This document shows, in pieces, positions 61,320-64,000 of a stretch of 64,000 bases of DNA. The position numbers were made by a program, and so were the translations under genes. The notes below the pieces were generated by a model. The model saw only the letters and a list, made by a program, of their open reading frames with translations. It had not been told where the DNA came from and did not search any database. The stretch is from Candidatus Iainarchaeum sp. (lineage in GTDB: Archaea; Iainarchaeota; Iainarchaeia; Iainarchaeales; Iainarchaeaceae). Positions within the stretch are counted from its first letter, which is position 1, and each line of letters begins with the position of its first letter. Where the stretch lies: positions 794-64,793 of the forward strand of contig JBDRLP010000025.1 in NCBI GenBank assembly GCA_043812975.1, given 5' to 3'.

Positions 61320-62102
61320 ATGGCAGAAAACAAAGTAGTAATTGCACTGGATTTTGATGGTTTAATAGCAGACAGCATTCGGGACAGTTTTGTGCAATCC
61401 GTGAACGCATACAACTCTATGGGAGGCAGGTTTCCCAGAATAAGGGCGACTGAGAAAAAATTTCAACAGGGAAAACCATTTGCAAAAAATGCGGACGGTT
61501 ACTATACCCTGCTGCGTCTAATTGAACAAAATCCCAAAGTAAATTTCAGGAAAATGACACAGGAACAATTTGACCGAGAATTTGAAAGAGATAGAACTGA
61601 AAAAGGACCAAAATTTGAGAAGCGTTTTTCTGAATACCGAAGGCATATGCAGAGGGAACACCCTGATGAATGGATTGCACTGAACAGTATTTTCCCAAGA
61701 GTGGAAAGGCAAATTGGAAAACTGCAGAAAAAATATTCCGTGTGGATTGCAACAGGAAAAGACAGAGAATCAGTTGTCAGGTTGCTGAAAAAAAGTGGCA
61801 TCAACATACCGGCAGACCAAATTCTTTCAAAGGAAAATACAAAAAGCAAGGTGGAGCAGATGCGGATAATAGCTGAAAGAGAAGGTGTACCCGTAAGTAA
61901 AATTCTTATGATTGATGACTCGTTAAATTATTTGAGGGATGTAAAAGCAGTAGGCGCAGAAGCGGCAATGGCAAAATGGGGATACTCTACAAGAGAACAG
62001 AGAAGACAAGCAAAAAGAGAAGGAATACCTTTAATCAGAAGACCATTATTTGGTTGGAGTTTTACACTTGCAAAAAAATTAAGGCAAATGAGAAAAAAAT
62101 GA
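61320..62102 (+). CDS. HAD-superfamily hydrolase (tentative)
   Basis: VVIALDFDGLIADS motif I (DxDG); 260 aa. Confidence 0.5.
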   Translation: MAENKVVIALDFDGLIADSIRDSFVQSVNAYNSMGGRFPRIRATEKKFQQGKPFAKNADGYYTLLRLIEQNPKVNFRKMTQEQFDREFERDRTEKGPKFEKRFSEYRRHMQREHPDEWIALNSIFPRVERQIGKLQKKYSVWIATGKDRESVVRLLKKSGINIPADQILSKENTKSKVEQMRIIAEREGVPVSKILMIDDSLNYLRDVKAVGAEAAMAKWGYSTREQRRQAKREGIPLIRRPLFGWSFTLAKKLRQMRKK

Positions 62103-62169
62103 ATAGAAAGCAATTCTACACAGTCCTTTTTTATGAAACCATTTTATACTAATAAATGCATTTATTTTC

Positions 62170-62874
62170 ATGCAAAACATTTTTTCAAAAAACCTTATAC
62201 CCCGCATGATTCTCTTAGGTTTGGTGGTTTTTCCACTTTTTAATTTACAGGAATTTTATATTCACTTTTACGCATATCTAACAGGAAGCATAGTTCTGAT
62301 TACTGGTTACTGGGATATTGCACTAATCTCTATAGTGCTTTTCACCGCATTTCTAATCCCTCTTTCATACAGAAAAAAAGCAAATTGGGGAGAAAGGGGT
62401 TTAGTGACAGCATTTTTCGTTTCACTTTTTATTGAAATGTACGGAATACCTTTAACAATTCTTTTTGCATCTGAATATTTTCTTAATTCAAGTGCATTAA
62501 TGCCAAAAGATTTTGTTGTGTTAACTTTTTTCGGGATGTCTTATAGAATGGATCTTGCAATGAGCTATGGTGCAATAATGATTATTCTTGGAGCCCTGCT
62601 TATACTTGTAGGGTGGATAACACTTTACATAAACAATAAAAAAAACAAAATAGCGACAAGTGGAATATACAAATACTCCCGCCACCCCCAATACCTTGGA
62701 TTCATACTGATTATACTAGGCTGGTTCATTGGTTGGCCAACAATTTTAACTCTTATATTCAGCCCCATTCTAATCATTAAGTACATCCAAAACTGTAGAA
62801 AAGAGGAAGAAGAAATGTCAAATGCAAACAAAGAGTACAAAAAATATTTGGAAAAAACGCCATTTTTAATATGA
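62170..62874 (+). CDS. isoprenylcysteine carboxyl methyltransferase (ICMT)-family membrane methyltransferase
   Basis: C-terminal GIYKYSRHPQYLGFILIILGW (RHPxY...G motif); 5-6 TM. Confidence 0.7.
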   Translation: MQNIFSKNLIPRMILLGLVVFPLFNLQEFYIHFYAYLTGSIVLITGYWDIALISIVLFTAFLIPLSYRKKANWGERGLVTAFFVSLFIEMYGIPLTILFASEYFLNSSALMPKDFVVLTFFGMSYRMDLAMSYGAIMIILGALLILVGWITLYINNKKNKIATSGIYKYSRHPQYLGFILIILGWFIGWPTILTLIFSPILIIKYIQNCRKEEEEMSNANKEYKKYLEKTPFLI

Positions 62875-62962
62875 AAACAACACCTGAATTAATAATAATT
62901 ATCAATCTACATCGTCGTTATGCACAAAAACTTTATATATAAGCTATTAGTTAGATGTTAAC

Positions 62963-63178
62963 ATGAAACAAATATTTGTTGTTGGCTTGATAGTTGTTTT
63001 GCTTATGACACTAGCCCTTTCGAGCGGGTGCATATTAAGCCCCAGACTATGCGATGATGGTAAAGGCGAGCGATGTTTGGGTACCAGTACAGACCCCATT
63101 ACAGAATGCTCAATGAAAATTACCAAGACCACTTGTGGTAATCTAGGTGGTTGTAGTTGGGCATGTCCAGAAGATTAA
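62963..63178 (+). CDS. small secreted Cys-rich protein
   Basis: 71 aa; signal/lipobox-like LSSGC; 6 Cys. Confidence 0.35.
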   Translation: MKQIFVVGLIVVLLMTLALSSGCILSPRLCDDGKGERCLGTSTDPITECSMKITKTTCGNLGGCSWACPED

Positions 63179-63275
63179 TCTAGTTTGTGTGTATCTCCTC
63201 TAATTCAGAAGTGCATGCTTTTTAGTAAAATTCCTTTTCCACTCCAAAGTATTAAATATTATTTCAGAACTCTTA

Positions 63276-63887
63276 TTGTGTATGAAAAAGTTATTTTTGT
63301 TTCTTTTAGTTGTTTTTCTTTTTTCTGATTTTGGTTTTGCATATGACGCAGAGGCAATAAATCAAGTTTTTTATATTCGTCCAGGAAATATTGAAGAGCT
63401 TTTTGATGAAAATGGCAATCCGGGAGAGAACTTAACTGAATTTATTGGTGCCATGAATGAGAGAATTGATTATCTTGCTAGTGAGGGAGAAGAAGATGCA
63501 ATTCCGGCAGCGGCTCTAGACTTAACAAAAAACATCAAAGCTAATGTCACACTTTCTTTTCATGCCCATGAGGATGTCACGATAGGACTAGTTACTGAGA
63601 ATAACAGAATAACGACAATACAAAAAGATGGTGTAGATGGTGCTGAATTCAATGTCCGCTTAAACGAAGATACTCTTAATGATTTATCTAATTCTGACAA
63701 CCCCGGAGACTTTATCATTTCAAGCATGGCAAACCAAGAAATTCAGGTTGAGGGCCTAACCCTAGAATCACAAATAACAGTTGCCTATTTGAATTTCATT
63801 ACAAACCCACTTACTTTTATTTTTATTGTAGCAATTTTAATCGCTCTTGCTTTGGCAGCGATAAAATTCAGAGAACACCTGCAGTAA
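63276..63887 (+). CDS. secreted protein with C-terminal TM anchor, hypothetical
   Basis: Signal peptide; acidic body; C-terminal hydrophobic anchor plus KFREHLQ. Confidence 0.45.
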   Translation: MCMKKLFLFLLVVFLFSDFGFAYDAEAINQVFYIRPGNIEELFDENGNPGENLTEFIGAMNERIDYLASEGEEDAIPAAALDLTKNIKANVTLSFHAHEDVTIGLVTENNRITTIQKDGVDGAEFNVRLNEDTLNDLSNSDNPGDFIISSMANQEIQVEGLTLESQITVAYLNFITNPLTFIFIVAILIALALAAIKFREHLQ

Positions 63888-64000
63888 AGGCAAATGAAAT
63901 CAATTCACGTCTTCTGTAAAAACAGCACAGATTTTTATATTTTCCAAACTACCTTGTAAATAGCTTTCAATATCTGGAAATTCTGTTGCCTGGTTAGCCA

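Noticed and set aside
1-64000. CRISPR arrays or rRNA genes
   Set aside because: I scanned for regularly spaced direct repeats of 24-40 nt with unique spacers and for long GC-rich rRNA-like blocks. I found only the 28-nt tRNA-associated pair (2 copies, no spacer array) and short GC islands at tRNAs. There is no array.

Overview
AT-rich archaeal chromosomal segment of 64 kb, roughly one-third GC by eye and densely coding on both strands. It looks DPANN-like (inference): the TyrRS and CysRS are archaeal-type, there are small proteins and giant surface proteins, a tRNA carries an intron at the canonical 37/38 position, and the ribonucleotide reductase carries an intein. Recognisable housekeeping genes are cysS, tyrS, guaB, a long-form thyX, a class II B12-dependent RNR interrupted by a LAGLIDADG intein at the active-site Cys, a DEAD-box helicase, an XPD/Rad3-like helicase, a P-type ATPase, a KefB-like antiporter, trxA, msrA, a Dus-family enzyme, a stand-alone MscS and a Fic protein. 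There are two minus-strand tRNA genes, Leu-CAA and an intron-containing Ser-GCU. Accessory content includes two putative type II toxin-antitoxin pairs and a roughly 10 kb island of secreted, repeat-rich surface proteins with two paralogous membrane proteins. The most interesting item is a tightly packed five-gene minus-strand cluster (25650..30024): a SemiSWEET, an FGase-family amidohydrolase, two RimK-like ATP-grasp ligases, and an MscS channel fused to a C39 papain-like peptidase domain. I propose it as a candidate undescribed peptide-ligation and hydrolysis module coupled to a mechanosensitive channel. A conserved purine/pyrimidine-tract element containing GGTACAGC occurs twice just 3' of tRNA-Leu and once inside the tRNA-Ser intron. 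All calls come from reading motifs in the supplied translations and DNA without any database search, so product names are family-level inferences.
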